From the NCBI GenBank assembly GCA_047602885.1, contig JBLKOQ010000003.1:464-64463 (forward strand): a DNA stretch of 64,000 nt, read 5' to 3'. How positions within the stretch are numbered: the stretch's first letter is position 1; each line of letters starts with the position of its first letter. Source of the stretch: Candidatus Woesearchaeota archaeon (GTDB lineage Archaea; Nanobdellota; Nanobdellia; Woesearchaeales; WAPJ01). Shown here in pieces: positions 1 through 9,789 of this stretch. The notes under the pieces are model-generated. The model made no database searches. It was not told where the DNA came from and saw only the letters and a list, made by a program, of their open reading frames with translations. Position numbers and translations under genes: made by a program.

Positions 1-428
1 TCAAAAAACTAGACATATATCATAAGACAGACGTCATAAGAATAAATGAGGAAATCAAAGGCATAATCAAAGTCAATTATCTAAGCCTAAGATACTCCCC
101 AAAATATGATTCTAAAAAGCTAAGCTATTATGGCTTATTTGAATCATGGCGAGACACCCAGTTCATATTCACATTAAACTTTAACAAGAACCTTTTTATA
201 TGGGACTATATTAATGTCGAAAAATCAAATAGAGGAAAAAGACTGGGAACAAAAAGTGTGTTGAGCATAGAAAGGATTGCACGAAAGCTTGGATTTACAA
301 GGTTTAGTGTCGAATATCCTAACAGGGCATACTGGATAAAAAAGCTAAGATATAACATACCATACAAGTATAGGATAGGTTCAGGAAAACATGAGTATAC
401 CCTGGAAGGATATAAGGAAATAATATGA
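1..428 (+). CDS. 3' end of a gene running into the window (C-terminal ~142 aa). A GNAT-like motif suggests an acetyltransferase-fold protein.
   Basis: Open frame from position 3 to a TGA at 426-428. The segment NRGKRLGTKSVLSIERIARKLGFTRFSV resembles GNAT motif A (R/Q-x-x-G-x-G/A). Confidence 0.35.
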   Translation, partial: KKLDIYHKTDVIRINEEIKGIIKVNYLSLRYSPKYDSKKLSYYGLFESWRDTQFIFTLNFNKNLFIWDYINVEKSNRGKRLGTKSVLSIERIARKLGFTRFSVEYPNRAYWIKKLRYNIPYKYRIGSGKHEYTLEGYKEII

Positions 429-454
429 TAGATAAAGGAATAATTGAAATATAA

Positions 455-601
455 ATCAACAACCCCGCCCTAAAGGGCGCGGTATGTTGGAGTTAATGGT
501 CAAACTACTATCGGCCTGAAGACCGAGGCATGTACCTCACCCATTAACAATCAACAACCCCCATCTAAAGACCGAGGTATTTAATCCAACTATTAACAAT
601 C
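455..601. repeat. Dispersed intergenic repeat: one full dimer copy (455-552) followed by a monomer copy (553-601).
   Basis: ATCAACAACCCCGCCCTAAAGGGCGCGGTATGTTGGAGTTAATGG...CGGCCTGAAGACCGAGG...CCATTAACAATC. Near-identical copies occur at 15345-15440 and 19190-19284. It contains the hairpin CGCCC-TAAA-GGGCG. Confidence 0.75.
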
Positions 602-612
602 AAAATATAATA

Positions 613-855
613 TTACCACTTGTTCATCTCTTCTATAAAATCATCAAAATCCATACTATTGCCTTTCCCGGACTTAATCCTCTGATAATCTTCTTCAGTT
701 TCCCTCGCAAAAGAGATATCCTCAGAAAATTTCTTGTCTAAACTGCTCGCCTTTTTTATTATAACACACCTATACAAGTAATATCTTACGATACATAAAT
801 ATTTTGTAACAATAATATAAATACAGTTAAAATAATCCAAGATAACGGCTATCAA
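613..855 (-). CDS. Hypothetical small protein (80 aa). The hydrophobic N-terminus makes the start uncertain.
   Basis: ORF only; the C-terminal half is hydrophilic and plausibly coding. Confidence 0.2.
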   Translation of the reverse strand: MIAVILDYFNCIYIIVTKYLCIVRYYLYRCVIIKKASSLDKKFSEDISFARETEEDYQRIKSGKGNSMDFDDFIEEMNKW

Positions 856-899
856 ACTCTAATTATAAGGAATCTGATAACCCCCATACCAATAGACTA

Positions 900-1196
900 T
901 TATGCCCCCAGCATTCTTAAGAGCTCATAGACAAGGAAGCCCGGCCATAACAGGGCTTTTAATACTCCCAATACGCCCATCCAAAAGCTGGTAGCAGTGC
1001 TAATATAATATATTGCAGCTCCTAAAAAACCTAGGCCGTATATTGCACTTGACATTCCGTCAGCACTAACATTAGCCTTCATCTTGCAGCATTTTAATCC
1101 TTCGTCCTTGAACTCCTTTTCTATCTTAGAGCCTATAGCGCTTCCTATCTCTTCCCATGACGCTTCTTTACCTTTACCAGTCCTCTTTTTTTCCAT
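900..1196 (-). CDS. Hypothetical small membrane protein (98 aa, two predicted C-terminal TM helices).
   Basis: ORF with a charged N-terminal region followed by two hydrophobic helices. Confidence 0.4.
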   Translation of the reverse strand: MEKKRTGKGKEASWEEIGSAIGSKIEKEFKDEGLKCCKMKANVSADGMSSAIYGLGFLGAAIYYISTATSFWMGVLGVLKALLWPGFLVYELLRMLGA

Positions 1197-1313
1197 AATA
1201 ATACACCTCTATAATACGACAAGTGTTGTAGTATTAGCTTGTAATAATAAACCTTTTGGTTACTAAAATAATACACTTATCATAACAAGACTTGCGCATA
1301 ATATTATCTTTTA

Positions 1314-2024
1314 TCAGTCAAGCTCTTTCCACATAAGATATACTTCCACACTGGTTCCACCATCATTATGAGAGCCATTCATTTGTAGTGACTCCAATCT
1401 TACGGTATTGCGGATAGTAAAATCCAGCTTTTCGTGCAGTATTCTTGAAGCTAGACTAGTGCATTCAGAAAACGCATATGAAAAACCCCTTTTACGCGCA
1501 TCAGCCAATGCTTCCTGCAATAATTTTTTTCCTATACCCTTCCCCTCATACCCTGGAGCAACTCCTACTGCAGATACATGAAAACATTTTCCTTCGCCCA
1601 TCATAATATACTGTTTTATTGGACTGCGAATCTCTTCAAGCACTCGCATAAGATAAGATATCTTTTCCTGATCATCTATACTCATAATGTCAGGAATGCT
1701 CTTGTCCCTTACTATTCCAGGATCGTCACATACTATGAATCCAACTTCATTATTCGAGCCAGCCTGCTCCCTTGCAAACCACGACATCCCCTGTATTACA
1801 GGATTATTATTTGTATCGCCATACAAAGACATTGCTACTGATACCATCTGCTTCTTGCTATAACCCAACCATTTAGTCAAAGGCTCCCTATCCTGAAAAA
1901 TATCAACATATAAACTGATTAGATTGTTCATCTCATCAGCCTTGACCTTTACTATAACAATACCAACATTTTCTGTTACCATTCCAAACACACCTCTAAT
2001 AAGATTTATGACGTGCACAGCCAT
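1314..2024 (-). CDS. GNAT family N-acetyltransferase.
   Basis: Acetyl-CoA-binding motif A: GKGIGKKLLQEALADARKRGFSYAFSE. Confidence 0.7.
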   Translation of the reverse strand: MAVHVINLIRGVFGMVTENVGIVIVKVKADEMNNLISLYVDIFQDREPLTKWLGYSKKQMVSVAMSLYGDTNNNPVIQGMSWFAREQAGSNNEVGFIVCDDPGIVRDKSIPDIMSIDDQEKISYLMRVLEEIRSPIKQYIMMGEGKCFHVSAVGVAPGYEGKGIGKKLLQEALADARKRGFSYAFSECTSLASRILHEKLDFTIRNTVRLESLQMNGSHNDGGTSVEVYLMWKELD

Positions 2025-2161
2025 ATTATTCTTTATATTATTATCACTATCCTGACATGCTCTGAGCTACATATAAGATTACCATATATAAATTTGTTTA
2101 GCTTAATAATACAGGAGCCTTAAAGCATACGTTTAAAAAACATTATTCTCCTAATCAATAT

Positions 2162-3847
2162 GTGGCATCACCATTATACATAGAGTTCACGATAATACTC
2201 GTAATAGCTGTTACTATGGGAGTTATATTGAGATGGCTAAAACTCCCGTTAATACTAGGGTATGTAATATCAGGAATACTCGTAAGCCCCGTAATATTTG
2301 GGATAATGGAATCAGAACAGACTATCGAGTTCCTTTCAGAAATAGGAATAGCGTTCCTATTGTTTATAGTAGGCCTAAGCCTTAACCTAAGGGACTTTAG
2401 AAAGACGGGAATGCCAGCTGCAATTACAGGAGCAGTGCAGGTAGCACTGACTTTTGGAATAACCTATCTTATCACTATCCTAATAGGATTCAGCCCTATA
2501 CACAGTGCATACATAGCAATAGCATTATCGTTTTCAAGCACTATAATAGTACTAAAACTATTGTCTGACAGGCATGACTTGGACGCTCTGCACGGAAGAC
2601 TGGCTGTAGGAATACTCATATTCCAGGACTTAGTCGCAATATTTGTCCTAACACTAATAGCATCCATGAATAGCGCATTAGGTTTAGGAAGCTTGATAGG
2701 AGTAACATTACTAAAATTATTGGCGTTCGCCATAGGAATTATTATTATAATAAAAATTGTAATACCGAGGCTTGATAGGATACTAGCACACAGCCATGAA
2801 ATGGTATTTATAAGCGCTATAACATCATTATTATTGTTCAGCGCAGTATTCTCTTATTTCGGGCTTTCTCTCGAGATAGGAGCGTTGCTTGCAGGAATAT
2901 GCTTTGCCTCAAGCAATCACAGGTTTGCCATTAGGGAAAAGACAATACCGTTAAGGGACTTTTTCATAATACTGTTCTTCATACTCATAGGAACATTCAT
3001 AGATTTTGGAGTACTAAAAAAATCAATATTCATAATACTACTACTCTCAGTAATAGCAATAATAATAAAGCCTATTATAATAATGGGAGTACTAGGAATA
3101 CTAAAGAACAGGAGGAGACACACTTTCTATACAGGAACATACATGTCACAAATATCAGAGTTCAGCCTCGTAGTAATATTGCTCGGAATATCTATGAATC
3201 ACATAACTCCTGAAATACTATCAATAATAACCAGTGTCATGATAATATCAATATCAGTATCAGCAATACTGATAAGCAATGTTGACAAAATATTTCTGAG
3301 ACTTTCAGACAAGCTAAAGGTATTTGAGAGAAAAGACATAAAAAAAGAGCCTGAAAAGCATGCAAGTCCAAAAGTGGTATTGTTAGGATATACTAACTTA
3401 AGCTATCGTATATCATTATACCTTAAGAGAAAGTCAATCTCATTTTTAATAGTGGATGACAATCCTGAGAGAATAGCGGACTTGAAAGAAAGAAACATGC
3501 CTGCACTCTTATTGGACTTGGCAGACCCCGAATCATATGACATGATGGATCTTAGCAAGACACAAGTAGCCATAATATGCTTAAAATCTTTTGACGCTAA
3601 AAGGATGATTATCAGCATACTAAAAGAGAACAAGATAATGGTGTTTGTTGAGGCAACATCTATAGATGACGTGAACACATTGTATGGTTATGGGGCAACA
3701 TACGTCCTAATGCCGCACTTGCTCGGAGGAGAGCACATAGTACACCTCTTCGAAAAACACGGATTCTCTAAAAGAGAGTTTAACAGGCACAGGAAAAAAC
3801 AGTTGGATGACATAGAAAGGCGCAAGAGGCTTGGCAATCCTGTATAA
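2162..3847 (+). CDS. Monovalent cation:proton antiporter (CPA2/Kef-type) with a C-terminal RCK/TrkA-N domain.
   Basis: About 12 TM helices, then a soluble Rossmann-like domain (KVVLLGYTNLSYRISLYLKRKSISFLIVDDNPERIADLKE). GTG start with a TATA-like box (CGTTTAAAAAACA) about 25 bp upstream. Confidence 0.8.
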   Translation: MASPLYIEFTIILVIAVTMGVILRWLKLPLILGYVISGILVSPVIFGIMESEQTIEFLSEIGIAFLLFIVGLSLNLRDFRKTGMPAAITGAVQVALTFGITYLITILIGFSPIHSAYIAIALSFSSTIIVLKLLSDRHDLDALHGRLAVGILIFQDLVAIFVLTLIASMNSALGLGSLIGVTLLKLLAFAIGIIIIIKIVIPRLDRILAHSHEMVFISAITSLLLFSAVFSYFGLSLEIGALLAGICFASSNHRFAIREKTIPLRDFFIILFFILIGTFIDFGVLKKSIFIILLLSVIAIIIKPIIIMGVLGILKNRRRHTFYTGTYMSQISEFSLVVILLGISMNHITPEILSIITSVMIISISVSAILISNVDKIFLRLSDKLKVFERKDIKKEPEKHASPKVVLLGYTNLSYRISLYLKRKSISFLIVDDNPERIADLKERNMPALLLDLADPESYDMMDLSKTQVAIICLKSFDAKRMIISILKENKIMVFVEATSIDDVNTLYGYGATYVLMPHLLGGEHIVHLFEKHGFSKREFNRHRKKQLDDIERRKRLGNPV

Positions 3848-3896
3848 TATATAGGCAACCGAACATAATATAAACAGATTATTCTTTAGCCGCAAC

Positions 3897-4631
3897 ATGC
3901 AAGAAATATTATACTATCTCGCTGCACTAATAGCTGAGATAGCAGGGACTATAGCAGGGTTTGGAAGCTCTACAATATTCCTGCCGTTATCATTATTTTT
4001 CATGCCATTCCAGTCAGCACTAATAATGGTAGCAATATTCCACGTATTCGGAAATATCGGGAGGATATCATTCTTCAGGAAAGGAGTAGAATGGAAACTA
4101 ATATTAAGGTTTGGAATACCAGCACTCATCCTCACAGTAATAGGAGCTTTGCTAGCAAGCTATGCCAGTACATTATGGCTATTGCTTGGACTAGGAGCAT
4201 TCCTGCTTGTGTTCTCCATACTTTCATTAACTTTGAAAGAATTCAGACTAAAGCCTAACAATGCCACATTAACAATAGGGGGAATCCTCTCAGGATTGTT
4301 TGCCGGATTATTGGGTACAGGAGGGGCTCCAAGGGCAGCGTCACTCAGCGCTTATAACCTCGAAAAAGAAAAATATATTGCAACCAATGCAATGATAGCA
4401 TTAGGCGTTGATATTACCAGGATAATAGTATATCTTAATGCAGGATTTCTGACACAAGAATACTATAATGCAATAATACCACTATTTATAGTGGCCATAA
4501 TAGGAGCTTATATAGGAAAGAGAATAGTGGATCATATACCGCAATCAGCATTCAGGACGATAGTGCTTACAGCACTTCTTCTTATAGGAATAAAATTCAT
4601 TGTTGACAGTTTAGGGATGATTCTTGGGTAA
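3897..4631 (+). CDS. TauE/SafE (DUF81) family membrane exporter.
   Basis: Internally duplicated 4+4 TM layout with glycine-rich motifs (GGILSGLFAGLLGTGGA). Confidence 0.8.
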   Translation: MQEILYYLAALIAEIAGTIAGFGSSTIFLPLSLFFMPFQSALIMVAIFHVFGNIGRISFFRKGVEWKLILRFGIPALILTVIGALLASYASTLWLLLGLGAFLLVFSILSLTLKEFRLKPNNATLTIGGILSGLFAGLLGTGGAPRAASLSAYNLEKEKYIATNAMIALGVDITRIIVYLNAGFLTQEYYNAIIPLFIVAIIGAYIGKRIVDHIPQSAFRTIVLTALLLIGIKFIVDSLGMILG

Positions 4632-4732
4632 TAAAATCTACATATCTAAAAACAATCTCTATAGAGTTTTTCCGGACTTATATTGGATTTATATACGATT
4701 CATTTATAAGATCTAAAATTATTTCTAGTAAT

Positions 4733-5350
4733 ATGCTAAAATCAGATATGCTCAAGATTGTAAAAGAATTACAATTTGATAAACCTGTAGTGGTTTATAA
4801 AAATGAGGTTACAGAAATAATACTATTAAGACCATCTATATTATCAAACAGGTTTAAGTATTATGATAAAAATAAGAATTTTCAAGTCTGGATTAAACAA
4901 GGAGGAAAAAAATTCAGACCAAATCATTTAAGATTATTGATTGATTTAAACTTAAGAGCAAGATGCAGAGAAGATTTAATTATAGAACTTCTTAGTGCTT
5001 TTGATAACATCTTTTATGGAAAGGACCCTGAAATCGAATTACAAAGATTATCTGAACAAAAGTTCGAACATTATCTTAATGATATTATAACAATTGGAGT
5101 TCTATCTCAAACCTTAATCTTGGAACAAGAATACGGATATCATAAGGAAAGCAAGTACAATCCTCCAAGTTTATATCTGCAGGGTTGGATTAGAGCTTTT
5201 ATTTGTAATATAAAAGAGATAGACATACTATTAGCTAGAATATGTGGAAATAATCCTCCTGAAGTTCGATTTACCTGCCAAGATGACAAAAATCATAAAA
5301 AATATAGTAAAGAAAATAAACCTATCTGGTATTTAGAGGATAATTCGTAA
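4733..5350 (+). CDS. Hypothetical protein (205 aa); positional candidate for the restriction endonuclease partner of the adjacent methyltransferases.
   Basis: Convergent with the two-MTase operon and overlapping its 3' end. No recognisable catalytic motif. Confidence 0.35.
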   Translation: MLKSDMLKIVKELQFDKPVVVYKNEVTEIILLRPSILSNRFKYYDKNKNFQVWIKQGGKKFRPNHLRLLIDLNLRARCREDLIIELLSAFDNIFYGKDPEIELQRLSEQKFEHYLNDIITIGVLSQTLILEQEYGYHKESKYNPPSLYLQGWIRAFICNIKEIDILLARICGNNPPEVRFTCQDDKNHKKYSKENKPIWYLEDNS

Positions 5351-6170
5351 TTACAACTTCATTTACTTTTCCTCTCTTGCTAGCATCAGAATTAATTGAC
5401 CTTGAGGCTTGAACTATTCTAATGTTATAATCTTTATATAGACTTTTAATAAAATCAGTATCACTATTGCTTTTCATAACCAAACAACCCTTTTTATCAA
5501 GCTCTCTAAAAATCTCAAATAGTTTAGTTTGTTCTTCTTCCATGAAAACATCTTTAGTATAGGAGGTAAAATTCTTTCCCTTAGTTATAGGATAATAAGG
5601 AGGATCGAAATATACAAAGTCTCCCTTTTCAGCCAAATTAACTATATTTTCAAAAGGCATAAGACGAATGTCTGTATTCTTTATTAACATTGAAATAGCT
5701 CTCAATTTATCTTCTTGTATAATATCCGGATTCTTGTAATCTCCCATAGGAACATTAAATTTACCTTTAGAATTTACTCTATAGAGTCCATTAAAACAAG
5801 TTTTGTTAAGATAAATAAATCTAGCGGCTTTCTCCACATCAGATAATAAGTTATGATCCTTCTCTCTTATTTTTAAGTAATAACTCTTACCTTCAGATAC
5901 ATGATAGTCTTTGTGTTGTTTCAGTTCTAGAATTAAACTCTCAACATCATCCCTAATAACTTTGTAAGCTGTAATAAGCTCATCATTAATATCTGAGATT
6001 ACTGCTTCTTTAGGACTATATTTCTCTTTAACATAAAAGAATACGGCACCACTCCCTACAAATGGCTCGAAATATCTGTTGAAACTCTTTGGAAACAAAG
6101 GTTCAAACTGGCTTAATAACTGTCCTTTGCCCCCTGCCCATTTTACGAACTTAGGAATTTTATAATCCAT
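5322..6170 (-). CDS. Dam-like (alpha-class, D12 family) DNA N6-adenine methyltransferase.
   Basis: N-terminal motif I (FVKWAGGKGQL, FEPFVGSGAVF) and motif IV (YFDPPYY), the canonical D12-class order. Confidence 0.85.
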   Translation of the reverse strand: MDYKIPKFVKWAGGKGQLLSQFEPLFPKSFNRYFEPFVGSGAVFFYVKEKYSPKEAVISDINDELITAYKVIRDDVESLILELKQHKDYHVSEGKSYYLKIREKDHNLLSDVEKAARFIYLNKTCFNGLYRVNSKGKFNVPMGDYKNPDIIQEDKLRAISMLIKNTDIRLMPFENIVNLAEKGDFVYFDPPYYPITKGKNFTSYTKDVFMEEEQTKLFEIFRELDKKGCLVMKSNSDTDFIKSLYKDYNIRIVQASRSINSDASKRGKVNEVVITNYPLNTR

Positions 6171-6194
6171 AATTCATTGGAATCCGTTCTGTAT

Positions 6195-6980
6195 TTAAAT
6201 ACTCTTTTTGATTTCAATCCTTGCTCTTTTTAAAGTAAGGTCCAAGAAATCTTTTTCTTTGTCTATACCTATATATTTCCTGTTAAGCATTTTTGCAACT
6301 ACACCGGTGGTTCCAGAGCCATTGAAAGGGTCTAGAATAACTGCGTTCTCTTTAGTTGAAGCTAATATTATTCTTTTCAACAATTCTACAGGTTTTTGTG
6401 TAGGATGCTTTCCATGAATCTTTTCACTTTGGGGAGTGAGTGGAATATGCCACAGGCTTCTCATCTGTTTTCCTTTAATACTAAATTTATCATTATACTC
6501 TTTCATTATTTCATAATTAAAATAGTGAGGGACATTCTTATTTTTCCGTGCCCAGAGTATTGTTTCATGAGCATGAGCAAAATATTTGCAACTTAGGTTA
6601 GGAGGAGCGTTTGGCTTGAACCATGTTATTTCGTTAAGCAGTTTATAATCATTCAACTGAAGAGCATAACCTACTTGATAAATATTATGCATTGTTCCCG
6701 ATATCCATATTGTGCCATGATCAGTAAGCACTCGTTTGCACGCTCTTATCCATTCTAAGGTAAACTCAAAATCATCATTTATTCCTTTTGACTTATCCCA
6801 ATCGGCTTTGTTAACAGATACCATCTTACCTGCTCTACAAGAAATACCCCCATTTGATAGAAAGTATGGAGGATCAGCAAAAATCATATCGACAGAACAT
6901 GGTTTTAGATTATTAAGTACTTTAAGACAGTCATCATTATATAGTTTAAATCTTATCGACTTATAGTACAAATCAGGCAT
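6195..6980 (-). CDS. Beta-class DNA methyltransferase (N6-adenine or N4-cytosine); second MTase of the Type II module.
   Basis: Motif IV DPPY (VDMIFADPPYF) lies N-terminal to motif I (FNGSGTTGVVAKMLNRKYIGID), the beta-class order. The ORF caller extends the start to 7154, which overlaps the divergent uvrC start. An ATG at 6980 (MPDLYYKSIRFKLYNDDC) sits 22-26 bp downstream of the TATA-like box TTTATAAT and is the more plausible start. Confidence 0.75.
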   Translation of the reverse strand: MPDLYYKSIRFKLYNDDCLKVLNNLKPCSVDMIFADPPYFLSNGGISCRAGKMVSVNKADWDKSKGINDDFEFTLEWIRACKRVLTDHGTIWISGTMHNIYQVGYALQLNDYKLLNEITWFKPNAPPNLSCKYFAHAHETILWARKNKNVPHYFNYEIMKEYNDKFSIKGKQMRSLWHIPLTPQSEKIHGKHPTQKPVELLKRIILASTKENAVILDPFNGSGTTGVVAKMLNRKYIGIDKEKDFLDLTLKRARIEIKKSI

Positions 6981-7089
6981 GCTAATAGAAGGATAATCAA
7001 ACATTATAAACTTTGCTAAATAATGTCCATAGTATTTACGATTAGTCATATTCCACACATTTTTTAAGTAACTATAGTTTCTTAATATC
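6981..7089. promoter_or_regulatory. Divergent promoter region between the beta-class MTase and uvrC.
   Basis: TATA-like boxes in both orientations: TTTATAAT on the minus strand upstream of the 6980 start, and TTTTTTAAG about 25 bp upstream of the uvrC ATG at 7090. Confidence 0.3.
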
Positions 7090-8676
7090 ATGAAAATCAA
7101 ACTCTCCAATATTCCCAAAGAGCCGGGCATATACATGTTCAAGGATGACAACAAAAAAGTAATATATGTGGGAAAAGCAAAGAACCTCAGGCAGAGAGTA
7201 TCATCATACTATAACAAGAATAATAATGCGAAGGCATTGTTCCTTACAAGACATATTCGGGATGTTGACTTTATTATAATGCCCTCAGAAAAGGACGCTC
7301 TTATACTAGAGAACAGGATGATAAAAAAGCATAATCCAAAATACAATATCAGGCTTAAGGATTCTAAGACATACTCTTATATCGCAATAACCAAAGAAGA
7401 GTATCCAAGGCTTATTAGCACGAGGAGAATACCCAAAGATACTGAGTGGTTCGGCCCTTATACTGAAGCGTTAAAAAAGAAAGAGACACTATTATTGGCA
7501 CAGAAGATATACAATATAAGGACATGCAAGAGGATGCCCAAAAAAGCATGCCTTAACTATCATATAGGGCTTTGTAGCGCTCCTTGCATCAATGCCATTA
7601 CCAAAGAAGAATACAATAATAGCGTAGTAAAAGCACTAAAATTTCTGAGAGGGGACATTAAGGAGACTCAAAAGAAGATCAGTGAAGAAATGCACTATTA
7701 TTCGAGCATGCAAAAGTATGAGATAGCACTCAAAAAGAAGAGACAGCTAGAATCTATAATGATACTGAGCGAGAAACAGAATGTAGAGCATAATATCGGC
7801 GATGACTGGGACATATGGGCGATAATGAGGGACAAGAACACCATACTAATAAGCATACTTACAGTAAGGAAGGGCATAATATCAGGAAAGAAGAACTATA
7901 ATATTGACGATAACAATGATAATGCAAGACAATTCCTAACACAATACTATACTACCAATAGAGTGCCTAAAGAGATAATAGTATCAGAAGAGTTATGGGA
8001 GGACAATGATGAGAAAGATGCGATAATAGAATATCTAAAGACTATAAAAAAACAGAGTGTCAGGATACTATTGCCTTTAAGAGGAGAGAAGAAAAGACTA
8101 TTGGACATAGCATTAAAGAACGCTATGGAAAGCACTAACATAAACAATGCTTCTTTGGAAATGCAAAAAATGCTAAACCTTGCATATCCTCCGAGGATTA
8201 TAGAATGTTTTGACATGAGCAACCTTCAGGGTACTGGAATAGTGGGTGGTATGACAAGATGGATTAACATGGCGCCTAACAAGAATGGTTATAGGAGGTT
8301 TGAGATTAGAGAGACTAAGAACAAGCCTGACGATTATAGTGCTATGAAAGAAACGGTATATAGGAGGTATAAGAGGCTAAAAGAAGAGTCATCCCAATAT
8401 CCCGACCTTATAATAGTGGATGGTGGAATAGGACAATTGAACGCTTCTATAAACGCACTATCAAGCCTAGGAATACAAATACCTATTATAGGAATAGCAA
8501 AGAAGAACGAAGAGATATACATTCCCAATACTAAAGAACCAATAAGAAGCAATCCTAACAAAGAGCCATTATTGTCTATCAGGAGGATTAGGGATGCCAC
8601 TCATAACTATGTATTATCTTATCATAGGCATAAGAGAAGGATGAATTTCAGGAAGGAAACCGGCAAGCAAACATAA
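7090..8676 (+). CDS. uvrC: Excinuclease ABC subunit C (UvrC).
   Basis: N-terminal GIY-YIG domain (GIYMFKD...VIYVGKAKNLRQRVSSY) and UvrC C-terminal nuclease/HhH region. Confidence 0.8.
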   Translation: MKIKLSNIPKEPGIYMFKDDNKKVIYVGKAKNLRQRVSSYYNKNNNAKALFLTRHIRDVDFIIMPSEKDALILENRMIKKHNPKYNIRLKDSKTYSYIAITKEEYPRLISTRRIPKDTEWFGPYTEALKKKETLLLAQKIYNIRTCKRMPKKACLNYHIGLCSAPCINAITKEEYNNSVVKALKFLRGDIKETQKKISEEMHYYSSMQKYEIALKKKRQLESIMILSEKQNVEHNIGDDWDIWAIMRDKNTILISILTVRKGIISGKKNYNIDDNNDNARQFLTQYYTTNRVPKEIIVSEELWEDNDEKDAIIEYLKTIKKQSVRILLPLRGEKKRLLDIALKNAMESTNINNASLEMQKMLNLAYPPRIIECFDMSNLQGTGIVGGMTRWINMAPNKNGYRRFEIRETKNKPDDYSAMKETVYRRYKRLKEESSQYPDLIIVDGGIGQLNASINALSSLGIQIPIIGIAKKNEEIYIPNTKEPIRSNPNKEPLLSIRRIRDATHNYVLSYHRHKRRMNFRKETGKQT

Positions 8677-8678
8677 AG

Positions 8679-9779
8679 TTAAAATAATGTCTTTGACAGC
8701 TTATACTTAGAATAGACCTTGCCAGGATCATAGTCTTTTGATAATGCTATGCCTTTACGGTTATACATTATATTCTTGTTCTCATCCCTAATATAAGGGT
8801 CGTGTATTGGCCTTATTCTCTTATTATACAGGCGTTTGCTAAAACATTTTTTTTCTTCAAGCCTCCTGTTAAGCTCTCCTATAATCTTATGCGCATCACC
8901 CTTCCTCTTCTTATACGCATATCGCAGCTTCAATAACAGCTCATTGCCAGACCTTGCTTTCAACAATCTCCTGCCATATCTTATAGGATTCTTGTCAACT
9001 GATGCTATATAGTATACTTCACTAAAATAGTGGTCAAGACTCGACTCTACAATGTTTACAGGCCTATTGGTAGCCTGTATATTCATCCCCAGAAAAGTGT
9101 CTTTTCCTATGCACAGTCCTGACTGCATGCCAAAATATGATATTGTAGGAATGCTCGTCTTGTAAGAGCCGTCCTTTTCGAGAAAGAATGACAACGCAGT
9201 ATCCTTATTGTCATATCCTGCAATATAATAGTTGCCTCCTTTAATCTCGGAGAGGTCCATTAGTCTTGACTGCATATCATTCATCAATACTATATTGGTT
9301 CTAACCACAGTATTCTTTGATATTATGGGTACTGCTATTGAATATCCACTGTCAGCAAGCTTTCCTCTCACAATATCGACATTAAGCGTAACGCTTGGCA
9401 ATACCACATACACTCCTCTGGCGTGTCTCGATACCATCTTAGAGTATAATCCTCCTGGAGAGGCTGCTGACGCTATAATAGTATAAGCATTCCTCAATAG
9501 TATATCATCACCTATATAGTCTGATATTGGATTGTCGTTAATCATTACTCTATGGATTTCTTTAAGACTGTTTATTTCGAAAGGGATGATAATGTCATTA
9601 TCAAGGTCTACTATATAGCATCCTCTAAGCCTAAGGCCATAACTGTAAGGATCTCCAATAGATGACGACGGCCATGTACTAGGTTTGTATAATACGGCTT
9701 CTCTTGCAGACAGGTGGAGGCTATGATACCTTCTTGGGGATTCTGGAAAAATCCTTTTCATAATGATAATATGATGCAA
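8679..9779 (-). CDS. Hypothetical protein (366 aa); last gene of the ATP-grasp/FGase operon.
   Basis: ORF 10 bp downstream of the FGase gene on the same strand. No motif recognised. Confidence 0.5.
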   Translation of the reverse strand: MHHIIIMKRIFPESPRRYHSLHLSAREAVLYKPSTWPSSSIGDPYSYGLRLRGCYIVDLDNDIIIPFEINSLKEIHRVMINDNPISDYIGDDILLRNAYTIIASAASPGGLYSKMVSRHARGVYVVLPSVTLNVDIVRGKLADSGYSIAVPIISKNTVVRTNIVLMNDMQSRLMDLSEIKGGNYYIAGYDNKDTALSFFLEKDGSYKTSIPTISYFGMQSGLCIGKDTFLGMNIQATNRPVNIVESSLDHYFSEVYYIASVDKNPIRYGRRLLKARSGNELLLKLRYAYKKRKGDAHKIIGELNRRLEEKKCFSKRLYNKRIRPIHDPYIRDENKNIMYNRKGIALSKDYDPGKVYSKYKLSKTLF

Positions 9780-9789
9780 TACTATATAA

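Noticed and set aside
6208-6966. Plus-strand ORFs 6208-6417, 6396-6596 and 6736-6966.
   Set aside because: Antisense to the beta-class MTase gene, which has clear catalytic motifs; shadow ORFs.
7090-7154. Apparent 65-bp divergent overlap between the MTase (ORF-caller start 7154) and the uvrC start.
   Set aside because: An artefact of choosing the most upstream Met. The MTase has in-frame Mets at 7049, 7004 and 6980. The 6980 start has a correctly spaced TATA-like box and removes the overlap.
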